Positions 51,441 through 64,000 of a stretch of DNA of 64,000 nucleotides are shown one piece after another (within the stretch, counting starts at the first letter, position 1; each line of letters starts with the position of its first letter). Below the pieces are notes generated by a model. The model was not told where the DNA came from. It searched no databases and was given only the letters and a program-made list of their open reading frames with translations. A program made the position numbers and the translations under genes. The DNA is taken from assembly GCF_006345805.1 (NCBI RefSeq), contig NC_043008.1, positions 73,842,001-73,906,000 of the forward strand. The letters run 5' to 3'. The DNA is from Octopus sinensis. Taxonomy: Eukaryota.

Positions 51441-52222
51441 GAGAGAGAGAGAGAGAGAGAGTGAGAAGGAGGAAGAAAGAGAGAGAAAGAGATAGATAGT
51501 AGGACAGAGATAAATATATTGATAGATCCAACCAAGGGATGGTTTCAGGTGTGCTGTTTGTATAACAGAAAAAAAGAAAGAAATGGAGCTTAATAATTTA
51601 CAACATCTGTTCTCGCAGTATTTCTTTTATTAGTGAAGAGTTCGATTATTACGATAACATCATGAAAAAAATCTACTATCGTCAGGTGACTTTAAATATA
51701 GGTAGTAAAATAAAATTGATACTAAACCTCTTAGAAGAAACGCTGAAATAAATTTTCAGGCTGTAAGTGATGCGCTTAGGGCATAGATCACATATAATAA
51801 AGTTTCATAGATCTCTGTCATAATTATTTATGTTTCCAAACAAAACTAATGACGGCAAGAGAAGATGAGGATACATAGAAAGAAAAATAAATAAGTACTA
51901 CAAGGGAGAAAATGTGTAAGGAATTGTCTTTACAAAATCAGATAACCAAAGTTCAATCTGGCTTCATAAACTCTGCAACAACTCAAGCACTTGCTACAAT
52001 TATTGCCTACGATATCACACACACTTACATACACTCATACAAGTTTCAACAAAGCATTAACTTATATCTCATGCACGGAAATATATACATCTAAAATTCT
52101 ATCTATACGTAGGTACACATGCGTGTATACATAAGTATGCATACAGAGAGTCAACTACAGTCACACATAAACATTTACATACATATACATGCAAATACAT
52201 TTGTACATGCATACATACAAGC

Positions 52223-52500
<278 letters not shown>

Positions 52501-52668
52501 ATGTACAGCCGTGTGCAATGCTTTGCCAAAAAGGAAAACTATAATTGCCACTAAATATCATTAGCGTTTTAGAATACCTAGATTGCTAGAAATGAGAGCT
52601 GAAAAGCTTTAATGTTGTAGTTGAAACATATAATTATATTCAATCGCCCGAAACCACCGATCGAGACT

Positions 52669-52721
52669 TTCCTATACTCATCGGTCAGTTTCGGTTAATT
52701 CCGTAGCCTCATCAGAAGGGA
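52669..52721 (-). ncRNA. Type I hammerhead ribozyme candidate with intact catalytic core
   Basis: Minus strand UCCCUU-CUGAUGA-GGCUA-cggaau-UAACC-GAA-ACUGA-ccga-UGAGU-A-UAGGAA: helix I 4/6, helix II 4/5, helix III 4/5 paired. GUA cleavage triplet, predicted cut between 52675 and 52674. Confidence 0.7.
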
Positions 52722-53007
52722 CTGCTCGACTCGCTTGATTCCGGACATAATTCTCTCTCAGTACATATGTATACATCATAAAAATCTATGGATGATTTAG
52801 TGAATGGCTAAGGTGAATACCAAAACTTAATATAGACAGCCGTGTGTTTCGGGCGATTGCAGTCTCTGTCAGTACACATGTCAAAAATTACGTGCTTAAA
52901 CTACAGCATTACTGCTTTTTAGCTCTTATATCTAGCAATGTTGGTGTTCTAACACCCTAATGATACTTAGTGACAATTACACACACAAACATACGTATGT
53001 ATGTGTA

Positions 53008-53240
53008 CAGTAATCTCCGATTATCGGGTGTGTTACGTTCCAAAACACCACGTGATAGGTGAAAATCCACGAAGTAGAAACAGTGCTGTACTGTATATTA
53101 TTTTATTATTTTTATAATTTGTATATATTTATTATACCATAAACGCAAACGACACCACGGAGGAATCGACGTAAGCTTAAATAATAAACCGCGACATGTG
53201 AACCGCGATAGGTGAACCGCAATACGGCGAGGGATTACTG
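53008..53240 (-). mobile_element. pogo/Tigger-like MITE, copy 3 of 3
   Basis: TA|CAGTAATC...CGGCGAGGGATTACTG|TA. Reverse-complement homologue of 26544 and 45287. Confidence 0.9.
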
Positions 53241-55588
53241 TATATATAAAATGCAAATATAAAAATAAAAACTATATATATATAAATATATATATATATA
53301 GTTCCCGACAGATACTCACACCTCTATATAAATTTAGCTCATACACCTGTATATAAATTTAGTTTAACGGTATTTCCACTATGCGTTATTTCCACCCCTC
53401 AATTTAGGTACCATTAATATAGCCATACAAACATGTGCATATACAAAACATTTCTGCATACACATGAATATATCCACACACACACTTACACACATATACG
53501 TGTGTGTGGCGTGTTTGAAGTGGTGTACACGTTGTATATTAATAAAACGGAAGCAAACATCTTACCACACAGTCACGCATCTGCCTGTATATGTAAGTGA
53601 TATAAATTTATAGAGCCGGCATTCATACGGAGCGTATATGTCAAGACCTTGTTTCCATCTACAGATCAGGTGTGTAAAATGCAGATACGTAGACGATTGA
53701 CATGTTCAGGAGGAAATTTTTGTATGGATTATTAAAGCTGATATATTCGATTGTAACAAATTAGTGTATTACAGGTATTTTTTTAGGTTATTGAGATGTT
53801 GAATTGCGAATTAGTGTAAACGTGACAAGGATTTGAATTTTAAATATAGCAGAATGAAACCATATATTTTCACACCTTCAAATTACTTCTCTACTGCGTA
53901 AGCCATCTTTCCTCACTCTGACAGAGGTCAAGAGAAAAAATCCTAAAGCTTCGGTTTATAAGATATTCGATAACGCTTTCTATTACAGATCTTCAGACTA
54001 GAGTTTTTAGAGAAAATAATGAGAAAAACTATTAATGATATCTTGCACGACTTCTGTTGGTTTCTTTTTGCAAAACATGTAGTCAAGTGGTCAGAGACTA
54101 TCCAATTTCAGCAAAGTATAAAACTATTTTCAGCTTGAACCAATTTACTGAAGGAAAGTTGACCGAAATTTAACCCCAGTTTCTCCTTTTACATATTCCA
54201 CTGGTTTCAAAGTTGCATTATTTCTACATTGATCTGCAATACAGTGATGTAATATCATTAGAGTAAAACACAGAATTTAGCTCGTTAACTGCGGTCTCAA
54301 TGGTTTTTGATAAGTGATTCCCATGTGTTTAACTCGGAGCTAAAATAGCAAAACGATATTTCTCTAAGTATACGACGACTGGTATTGTATTTCTCATTCC
54401 GAAACTTATATTTAATTATGAAACGTTCATTATAAAAACGTAAGGCCTCGACCTCCACAAACCATTTCTCCTAATTCAAATACATAACGACGTGAAATAC
54501 ACTACCTAATTCCAAAATGAACTGTTCTTGGGAATAAGTAGATGTAGGAAATACTTTTAAAGAATTAATTTTAATCTATATCATTCCTACAGCATTACTC
54601 AATTTATTTCCCTTCTCTTAGTTTCTCTTTTGTTTACAAATGGGAAGGAAAGTACGTAATGGATGTATCAGTTCCTGCTTATCATTATGAAAGAGACAAG
54701 TTTATCCGTCGTTGCACACAATTCTCTCAATATACATTCATCTAGTGAGGAATAGAATATGTGAATTTGGTGCAATCATTTAGTTTTTCTAGTTGAGCCT
54801 AGGGCAGTCGCTAAATCATATGGCAATATGCTGCAGACTCATTGTTCACAGATAACTTTTGGCGTTCCTGTAGAAAGAGTAAGTTTATTTTTCTCATATC
54901 ATGGAGATGACAGGAATTCAGTTGTGGACGACTGATACTCTGTAAAGTGCCAATTACCAGTTATCTTCGAAGGTGGCGTTGGTGGTTACCTAGTCGTCCG
55001 TAGATTCATATCAATACCGAATTAGATATTTTCCACACTCAGTCAATATATTACCTTTGGATAACATCTTTTCCTTCCTTCTAAAATACAGACAAGTAGG
55101 CCTAAACAACTATCAACAAGGTAGTGTAGACAAACAACCACTTGAAGCAAGCAATCAATATCGACTCCCTTAACCACACAGTTGAGAAACGTCACGAAAT
55201 TATTGCATCGAGAGTGCATCAGGGTTGCAATTAACAGAGGTTGTGTAGCATAGAAAACAAAGTATATTGGCGAGTCAGTATTTAAACACAAAGGAATATT
55301 GCCTAATAATTTTCTATATCAACGATCCGAAATAGCTTAGAATTCGTTAAAACATTCAATGTTGCTATTGAGTGTGATACTGTCATTACTTTAAAGACAA
55401 GGAAAGACGTATTTAAAGAATTTCCCGGCTATGTTACTAGCTACATTCATACACTAAGGTGGTTTGAACCATAAGATTTTCCTCTGTCTGTGTCTTCTTG
55501 GTCTATTTGTATTTGGTTCAATGTAGTATATGCTATTCTTGAAGTTGGGCCATTCTTAAGCAGTATTCTAATGCATTATTATATATAT

Positions 55589-55641
<53 letters not shown>

Positions 55642-58600
55642 ATATGCATATTAAACTGCGTCCTTGAGAAATATTATTTAAATAAAAAGGTTGGGAACCA
55701 CTGTATATAGGGTGGAAACCACTGATCTAGATATTTAGGTTCATATCTCACAACTAATTCCAGGAAAATCTTTGCAGTTCCCACTCACAACATATATCCA
55801 TAGATTTTGTTAAATCTAAAGGATCCTATACAAATATATATACATTTATATATAAAACGTGTTAAAATCCTTTATACATACCGTGTAGGCTAAATATCAC
55901 CGATATATTCAGCATTTCTATGTGTTTATACATGAGGGGTTGGTCAAAAATATAAAAATATGTGACTATATAGCATTGGACCAAAATGCAACAATAATTT
56001 ATATAGTATTTAATAGATATCACCCAGGTAGTAGGTGATATATTTAAGACTAGTCCGAGAGAGGTTATTCTCTTTTTCAATGCAGTTTATATACAGTTAT
56101 TCTTCGCCTAATCACAAACTGTTATTTTTTCCTGCTGTGTGCACATATGATAATCTTATTTCCTTCTCTATTGTTTAGTAAGTGTTGTCTGCCTGGTACT
56201 ATTCAGCTCTCAAATGCTGTTTAATTTACGGTTAGGATTAGTGTTAGGGTTATATCTCTGCCTCCGCCATTCCATTTAACATAAAAACAGTTAGTGTCAA
56301 GATTGATAGGGTCGTTGGAAGTGAGACTTTGTGTCTCCTTGCTCTTGATGTCTAAGTGGCGTATCTCGTCAAGTGCTCTGTTTGTGCATCTCATCAAGCG
56401 ATCATTTGTGCACACTTGTATTTCTGTCGATACAGAATATAAAATATATATGATTAGTAGAAAGATACATATATTTCAAAATCAGAATTTTAATGGAACG
56501 CCATTATTTATTATTTTATTCAAGGGTGTAACACATGGTCGATCACTCACCACGGGTCCTGTCAGAGTATTGAGAATAAGAGTGAAAAGTCCTCAAACTG
56601 GAAACCGGGATGGAAGTTTTGCAAAGGCTCACAAGAGTTAGGTGGTACTGTTAAAACTAGCGACGGATCGATTCTACTAACCACAAAGACAATTTGAACT
56701 AAGTATAGTGGGATTGAGAAACATGGCATTCAACTTTCAAACGACTTGAAATAGATGGTTACACTGAATTTCTTACCTGAGATATGTTAACACAGACGCA
56801 TATCGTCATACACAGGGGCCAAACACACATTCAAATATATAGAAACAATCTGATTGAAATTTCAAAACTTACAACTAAGTCTTAGTTTATCAGTATTAGC
56901 CTTCACATACATACATAATTATATAATGGTATATATGTATTAATGTGTGTGTGTGTGTGTGTGCACGTACTTGCGTGCGTGTGTGTTGTATTTGTATAGA
57001 TGTATGTATGTGTGCTCCATATATTTCTTATGTATTTGGAAAATATGTATCGTAGGAATTACACATACGTATGTCTGCGTATGTGCGTGCATGTAAATAA
57101 AGTGTAGAAACCTGTACAATAATATATGATACTTATTGGGGTGGGATAGAGCGGGCACAATAATAAGTTAATCGAAATATTTCCGTATTATGGTGATATT
57201 ATCTGTTTACGACAGTACCTATCGTTTGAATGACTTAATCCTTTCTATTGTCGTGCCAAATATTATGAAAGCGTAAACGGATTAAGAGATTATGTTGGGA
57301 TATATCATCGGTTATCATTTTATCGAGATAAGACGCTCGTTATTGAAACCTCTGCCATAAACTTTTGTTAATAACATCGCTAAATACATGAAAGGAATGG
57401 ACTCATAAAGAGAATGCTGGTGCCTCTACCTATACATTGATATATTGATAGAGAATATAAATTATATATCATATTTTTCCACCAGTATATCGAAATGTAT
57501 ATCTCTCTTTCACACTCTCTATTGGTGTGTGTCTCTATCTCACATAAAGACACACACACACACAAACACACACATACTACACGCACATACACAAACATGC
57601 AAACACACATGAATTACGAAGTGAGGAAAAGAGACGAGATTTCCGATTTAGTGATAGTAGTAGTCTAAAGAAAGAAAATGTTAAAAAATGCAATACATTT
57701 ATACCTACTGCTAGAATATGGCTAATCTTTATCAGCAAATCGTTTATTGTGCGACCGTTTTTGGAGGCAAAATTTATTCAGTAATAAACATAAGGGAGTA
57801 CAACATTTATGGAAACGCAGTGGTCACAGTGTTGGAACGTCTGTATTATACACATACATATACACATACACACACATAGACACACATTTGGATACATGTA
57901 TACTTAAATATGTACATATGTAAGCTAACATTTCAGAGTGATCAGCTAAAATAATTAGGCACTTGCTTAATGATTTCCTAGCCGTATCAATTTTTGTTGT
58001 TCCCTGATGATAGGAGGCGGGACATGTGTTAAGCTAACTCACAAGTATTAATAGCAAGAATAAATAAAACACGTAAACAAATAAAGTACTCTAAATACCC
58101 GCCTCCCGACAGCATCCAAATATATGAACATTCAGTATTTATATCTTCTAAATTTGACCAAATTACACTTCTCATCTGCCAAATCATACCATTCTAATGA
58201 GGAATATTTACATATGACACACACAAACCATTTAATCCAAATTTGAGGAGAACATGAAGTAAAGAAACAGTTCGAGTCATATAAGTTCTTTCCAGAATAT
58301 CGTAAAGGCATAAAATTGTAGCGGGGAAGTTAAAATATTTAATGAACTTCCAGTCATACCAGCCCAAATTTGCAGCCAGAAATTAGAATGTATTACTTCA
58401 AATGATCGATCACTGTGACAAGGGTTCTGCATATCTTGACTTAAGAGGGCCTCCATAGGGCGTTGAAGAGGTGACTGGTGCACTACAGCAAATACATTGA
58501 TGTCAGAAGACCATTCTTTGAATGCTATTAGAATTTTGTACTTTGAAATTAATAAATACCTTTCTCGAGAAAGTTTCAAATCTTCTAGAATGAACCTCGA

Positions 58601-60016
58601 ACATAAGTAGGTATCATCACATAAAAATGCCCTACGCATACACAGTATTCTAGAACTCTCTCTTATTATTTATTTTCAATATATTACCAACGTACACCCA
58701 CCACCGTTTTTCTTCAATTCCATGTATCTCATAAAATTCCACGGATCTGTTACCGATCATATTTCGACGGCTGTCGAAACATGAAACTCATTCTTACTTC
58801 TTGGTAATCTTCCAGATATTTTCACTGAATTACTGCCACTGACAAGAACTGCTTCAAGTCTTTTGGATAGAGTTTCAGTGGATCTGATACTATCATACAA
58901 GAGAAAAAGTAAGGCAAATCGACATGTTGTTAATCTGTCCTTTGAACGCTTTTGTTTTACGCTGAGACACGAATTTTCACCTTGATTAATCTTACTTTTT
59001 ATATGCTTTGAATATATATAGTGACTTGGTGAAAGCTCTCTTTCATATCATTCATATTTTCGGACGCACATTCATTAGATCTCCAACAATGAAGTCTTGC
59101 TTTTCTCTTCTGGTGATCAAATAGCGTATTCTTCAAGTTTCATCAGCAATATAGGTTTTATACGAGGAAAAGCAGCATTACCAGGAGAATAGCTATTTGG
59201 AATGTACACCCGGGCGTTTCGGAGAGAGAGGGCAATAACTTTCTGCACTTATCTTCACTGGCTTTGATTAAGGCATCTGGAAATTTAGCAAGTCGAAAAG
59301 CCTCTACCATCCTTAATTAAGGAACAGAATTTAATGCAATCTTGTAATTCAGCCAAACTGAAATTCCTACTATATCACTGAACCCATAACATCAAAGTGT
59401 TAATTAAAAGCTAATCAGCCCAATCTCCAAACGCTTTTCTCAGTTGTTTGTAAGATTTATCCCTTTATCAATAAATATGTGTGTGTATGCACGTACTTAT
59501 ATATATGTGCGCATGTATGTATGTATATATTTGCAAAGAAATGAGTTAAGTAGGAAATGTAGGTAAAGATGATATTCTGGAAGAATTCACCTAAGGGTGA
59601 ATGTATACATGTGAAATAGATTAGAAGGGAGAATCAGTTTGCGGCAATAAAAGGAAAATGTAATTAAAGACAGCATTAGATAAGTTTAAATAACATTTCA
59701 AGATTTGCCAAATATTACTTAGCTACAGTCAGAAATCTATTCTATATTGTGAAGTGATAGAGATTTTCAGACTATTTTTGAACAGTTCCCAATTCTTCAA
59801 AGACAAAGCGGTCACATCGAGTGAGACAGTTAAAAGCGTATAACGGTTGTAGTCGAAATATTCTAAAGAATCACCTGCACTGAGCAAAAATTAAAAAGAA
59901 ATCACTTGATGTAGACAATCTTCGAATAATGCCGATAAACAAAGAAAGTACAGTAACGTGTTTGTTATTGTATGCATCAAGATTTATGACTATCAATTTA
60001 TCCATCACTCTTACTT

Positions 60017-60078
<62 letters not shown>

Positions 60079-60121
60079 CGCAACACTCTTTCTTTACACA
60101 CACACACACATATATATATAT

Positions 60122-60478
60122 AGGCGCAGGCGTGGCTGAGTGGTAAGAAGCTTGCTTCCCAGCCACAGGCTTTCGGATTCAGTCCCACTGTGTGGCACCT
60201 TAGACAAGCGTCTTCTACTATAACCTCAGGCCAACCAAAGCCTTGTAAGTGGATTTGGTAGACAGAAACTGAAAGAAGCCCATCGTATATATATATATAT
60301 AAATATATATATATATGTGTGTGTGTTTGTGTGTGTGTATGTATTTCTGTGTGTGTTTGTGTTTGCCCCTCCACCGTTGCTTGACAACCAATGTTGGTAT
60401 ATTCATGTACTCGTAACTTAGCGTTTCGGCAAAAGATACCTATATAATAAGTACAAGGCTTACGAAAACTAAGTCCTG
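60122..60478 (+). mobile_element. SINE family 1, 3'-truncated
   Basis: AGGCGCAGGCGTGGCTGAGTGGTAAGAAGCTTGCTTCCCAGCCAC head with an internal microsatellite. Stops before the normal tail. Confidence 0.88.
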
Positions 60479-60765
60479 ATACATACACACACTAATTATG
60501 TTGTTATATATAGCACCATGGTTAATTACATACATGACAAAGGACTGGCAAATTCCACAAGACATGGAGTAGAATACATCGAAGAATTTGTTTCCTCTCT
60601 GAGAGATATGATTTCAAATATTGGAAAGGTCATTTTCCTGGACTCGACAAAGTTTAGAAAAAGAAACTTTGCAATGTCTTATCTGGCGCTTTTTCTCTTT
60701 GCTCAAGTCGTCCAGCTTACTGGAGTCCTAAGCACAGGTGTTAAATCCATGGGACGGGGAAAGAT

Positions 60766-60809
<44 letters not shown>

Positions 60810-62477
60810 TTTATCAACTCACATAACCCAAATTAGTAATCCTCAAGCAGAACAAACTTACACAGTTTAGCAAGGAGGAATTGAAATTGCCTCAGATGGA
60901 CGTCCAGATTTTCCGTAAGACCTGTTTTCCCCACAGGAGCTCGATAGACCTACGGCTTTTGTATAAAAATCATCGCTTCTTTGTCTCTTAGCAACAAAAA
61001 CACTGACATACATACATACATTTATGGCTGTCAGCATGATTTCAAATTCGCTTTCTAATATAACATCCTTCACTAGAACCCTCCAATTAGTGAAGTGGCG
61101 TGTAAGTATCCCAATGCGTTGAATGCTCTCAAAATTACTCTCATGTAGTATTCCGTGGCCTGACTGAAGGGTTACCGCAGTCGGTTCGAAACTGGTATTT
61201 CATAACCGCGAAGGAAATTTGTAAACGTTTAGTTCTGTGTCTTCATACAAGTATACACAAGCGAACATGCACACAAAGTTACCTTTGTGTGTTTGAGCGT
61301 ACACATTTGGAGAAACGCACATAAACGTCTATGTCTATATCAGTCGATAAGTCAATATTTATATATGCATATATTCGTACATGCTGAACGTAGTTTTGTT
61401 TCACTAGCCGCACTCCCTCTCACTTCTGTCTTCTTCGACTTTTCTTCCTTATATCATTATACATGCGTGTGTGAAGAAGAGTTAGAGAGAGGGGGACAGA
61501 CAGAAAAATCGAGAGACAGAAACGGAGAAACAAAAATTGTGAGCCAGTAGCTATAATGGAGCGTGTGCAAATATGGAGGTAAAAATAATATATGAGCAAA
61601 ATGTACATAAAACGTGCTTAAAGAAATGACTGATATATATATGTATATAGGTATGTATAAGTACATAAATATTGTATATATTCTACATATATATATATAT
61701 ATATACATATACACTCACACACATTCATATATACACTGCTTATGTTGTATACACGCAAGTAACTTATACACGTATGTGTGCAGGTGCATTGCGCATTCGC
61801 TGTCTATGTGTATAACCTTTCTTAAGAGAGCCATTTAAGGATTATGTTTTTGATATAATCTCTGTTCCGTGAGAGAAGCATTCTCTCATATCTTTGGAAG
61901 CTTTGATATTCCACCATTAGATCTGTGCCAAAGGTGTTCTAAAAGTTATCCATCTTGTAGCTCTTTGATGAAATATTCTCTGAAGAAAGTGGCTCCTTAA
62001 AGACACCCTGTTGTATGAAAGTAAGAATTTCTCTAGGAAAGCGATTTACGAGTACGACGAATATTAATGTAGGCGTACTTCTAATGCTGTTGCCTACTAC
62101 GTATTATGCATGCACACATATGCAGTCCATGCTGCTATATCCAGAGATGCATACATGTCAGAAACAAAGTGTGATTTTGCGTATGTAAACATATATGCAC
62201 GTGTGACAATGGAGAGAAAATAATCGAAAATGGACAAAGTCATAATCGAGCGGGTCAAGTCTCTTGGCAAACACAATGTGTTCAATTCTAGTACAACGTT
62301 CAGTTCTAGTGTTTGGTATATTGGACATGTATTTTATAACCTGGTCATTGCTTGACCCGAACCTTTTGAATGAAATTTGGTAGATTCAAACTATGTAGGA
62401 GGCCATTCTAATGGTTTATTGTATCGCTAAGAATTGAGAATTATAGTAACAGTCGAAAGTAAAGATTTATACATTAT

Positions 62478-62660
62478 ACGTGTGTGTGTGCGTGTGTGTA
62501 TGTGTGTGCGTGTGCGTGAGTGTATGTGTGTGTATGTTTGCGTGTGTGTAAGTGTGTGTATGGGTGTTTGTGTGTGTATGTGTGTGTGAATGCATGTGTG
62601 TGTGTGAATGCATGTGTGTGTATGTGTGTGTGAATGCGCGCGTGTGTGTACGTGTGCCTA
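62478..62660. repeat. Degenerate (TG)n microsatellite
   Basis: Directly visible. Confidence 0.93.
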
Positions 62661-63824
62661 CACATCGGAAAGAGTATAAAGGGTACGAGAGCGCATGTAC
62701 AGATAACATTCTCAAAGTAGAAATTATTAAACTTAAACAGAAATCCTACTACTGAAGAAATATATTCGCCAGCAAATTTTATATCGTTCCTTGAAATGGG
62801 GTTTAGATTTTAATCGGCCTAAACACACACGCACAAGCATTCACTATGGAATTAGCAATTGAAATTTAGTTAATAAAATTGAAAACCCATCTTTTGTAAC
62901 AAAGAGATCTTCAAAAGGTATTTAATCATATTCGTGTTCTTTTCCTGTCAACTAGATATAGAGAATAAAATATATTCCATGATATATGATTCTTGGAAAC
63001 TTGTTTACGACTTTCAAGCAATTACATCATGTACGTATGCACGTGCGGATTATATATAACTTTCTAACATAGGAACATGACCAGAAATTTGAAATGGGGA
63101 TTTGTTCGATTAAATCGAAGCCAATACTTAACTGATTTTTTACGTTAAAGACCCGGAAACAGAAGGGTGCATATTAAAGAAAAGATAAAGAATTGTAGGT
63201 AATGAAAGGATTAATGGACTATAGGATTTGTTGGAATAAAAGACAGGTGGGGTAGGTCAGTTTTGTGATACGGGGAAGTACAATAATGGGGGAAATATAC
63301 AGAAAATGGCAGGAAAGGAACATAGAGTTAATCAGAATATCAATTTTCTTACAAATTCCTCCCACTATTATAACTCTACGCCCTAAATATCTTCGAACTT
63401 CCTCAACTTCATCATCTTTAATTTCTAAATCTGCAGTTTATTTAATTATTTCATTACATGGAAATCCTCACCTTCCTCTTTTCGAACAACTCTTCCATGA
63501 CTACTATATAATATACATGTGAAAGATGAAGAGAATCGGGCCTCAAGCAAACAAGACGAAACGATACAGTGGACATACGAAAATAGAAAAATATGTAATT
63601 TACCGCCAAGATGGGAAGCATCACAGCCTTATCACTAAAGATGCCAAACTGCCTATTACCATTCTGGTTGATAACTGAGGAAGAATTAGGGACTCTCTGT
63701 GTCTTATATGTATACGTTTTTTATCTGTTGTTGTATATTTACAATGCATTTTTTCATTTATATATATATGGAGAGAGAGAGAGAGTGAGAGAGAGAGAGA
63801 GAGAGAAAGTAAATCCCGAAATAC

Positions 63825-64000
63825 GAAGAGAAAGCGCAAAAAACAACGCCAGGACGTGGTAGATGTAAAGCATTAGCAGACGCCCAAGGTGGTTTTACGA
63901 TTCGAGCAGAGCTCTTTTTGAGAAACAGGAGACAAAAGAAATTCCAATAGAAAATGAAGACGAAGGAAAAAGAAATCGACAACGATTCACATGCGGTTAC
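63825..64000 (-). mobile_element. Diverged second copy of the 18050-18242 element
   Basis: CAACGCCAGGACGTGG...TTCGAGCAGAGCTCT...TCACATGCGGTTAC. The hammerhead core is decayed. Confidence 0.65.

Noticed and set aside
54852-54878. 27-nt micro-exon candidate (cag|ATAACTTTTGGCGTTCCTGTAGAAAGA|gtaagt)
   Set aside because: The splice signals are plausible but such matches are frequent by chance, and no neighbouring exons were identified.
58277-58639. 120-aa minus-strand ORF
   Set aside because: No recognisable motif or splice context. Probably decayed TE sequence.
60518-60826. 102-aa ORF with KVIFLDSTKF resembling the Tc1 first-aspartate motif
   Set aside because: A single weak motif with no TIRs or other DDE motifs, and the frame ends in a (GA)n repeat.
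61165-61205. Hammerhead-like CTGACTGA...GAAAC-TG-GTA
   Set aside because: The core has an extra base, helix II would be almost all wobble pairs, and there is no helix I.

Overview
AT-rich, repeat-saturated animal genomic DNA. It is most likely from an octopus: an inference from its tRNA-derived SINE families and dense (TA)n/(CA)n/(TTA)n microsatellites. I found no intact host protein-coding exon, rRNA, true tRNA or CRISPR array, so the window looks intergenic or deep-intronic, and nearly all ORF-track entries are simple-repeat or TE-antisense artefacts. Recognisable content: a mariner nested inside another mariner (194-2520); two copies of a rearranged mariner made of two inverted 5' ends; an internally deleted mariner; a full-length Tc1 with DD36E spacing (42990-44253); pogo- and mariner-type MITEs; a non-autonomous Helitron (46415-47554); R4/Dong-like LINE fragments; a Penelope-like (RT C-terminus plus GIY-YIG) remnant (40398-41273); and many copies of three SINE families. 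The most interesting signal is several unrelated small, microsatellite-flanked and often foldback elements that each carry a hammerhead-ribozyme motif (4832, 11909, 18137, 52669). They sit in the same window as the Penelope-like remnant and may be a set of Penelope-mobilised, ribozyme-bearing non-autonomous retroelements. All coordinates, alignments and RNA folds were done by eye, and element ends without a TIR or TSD are approximate.
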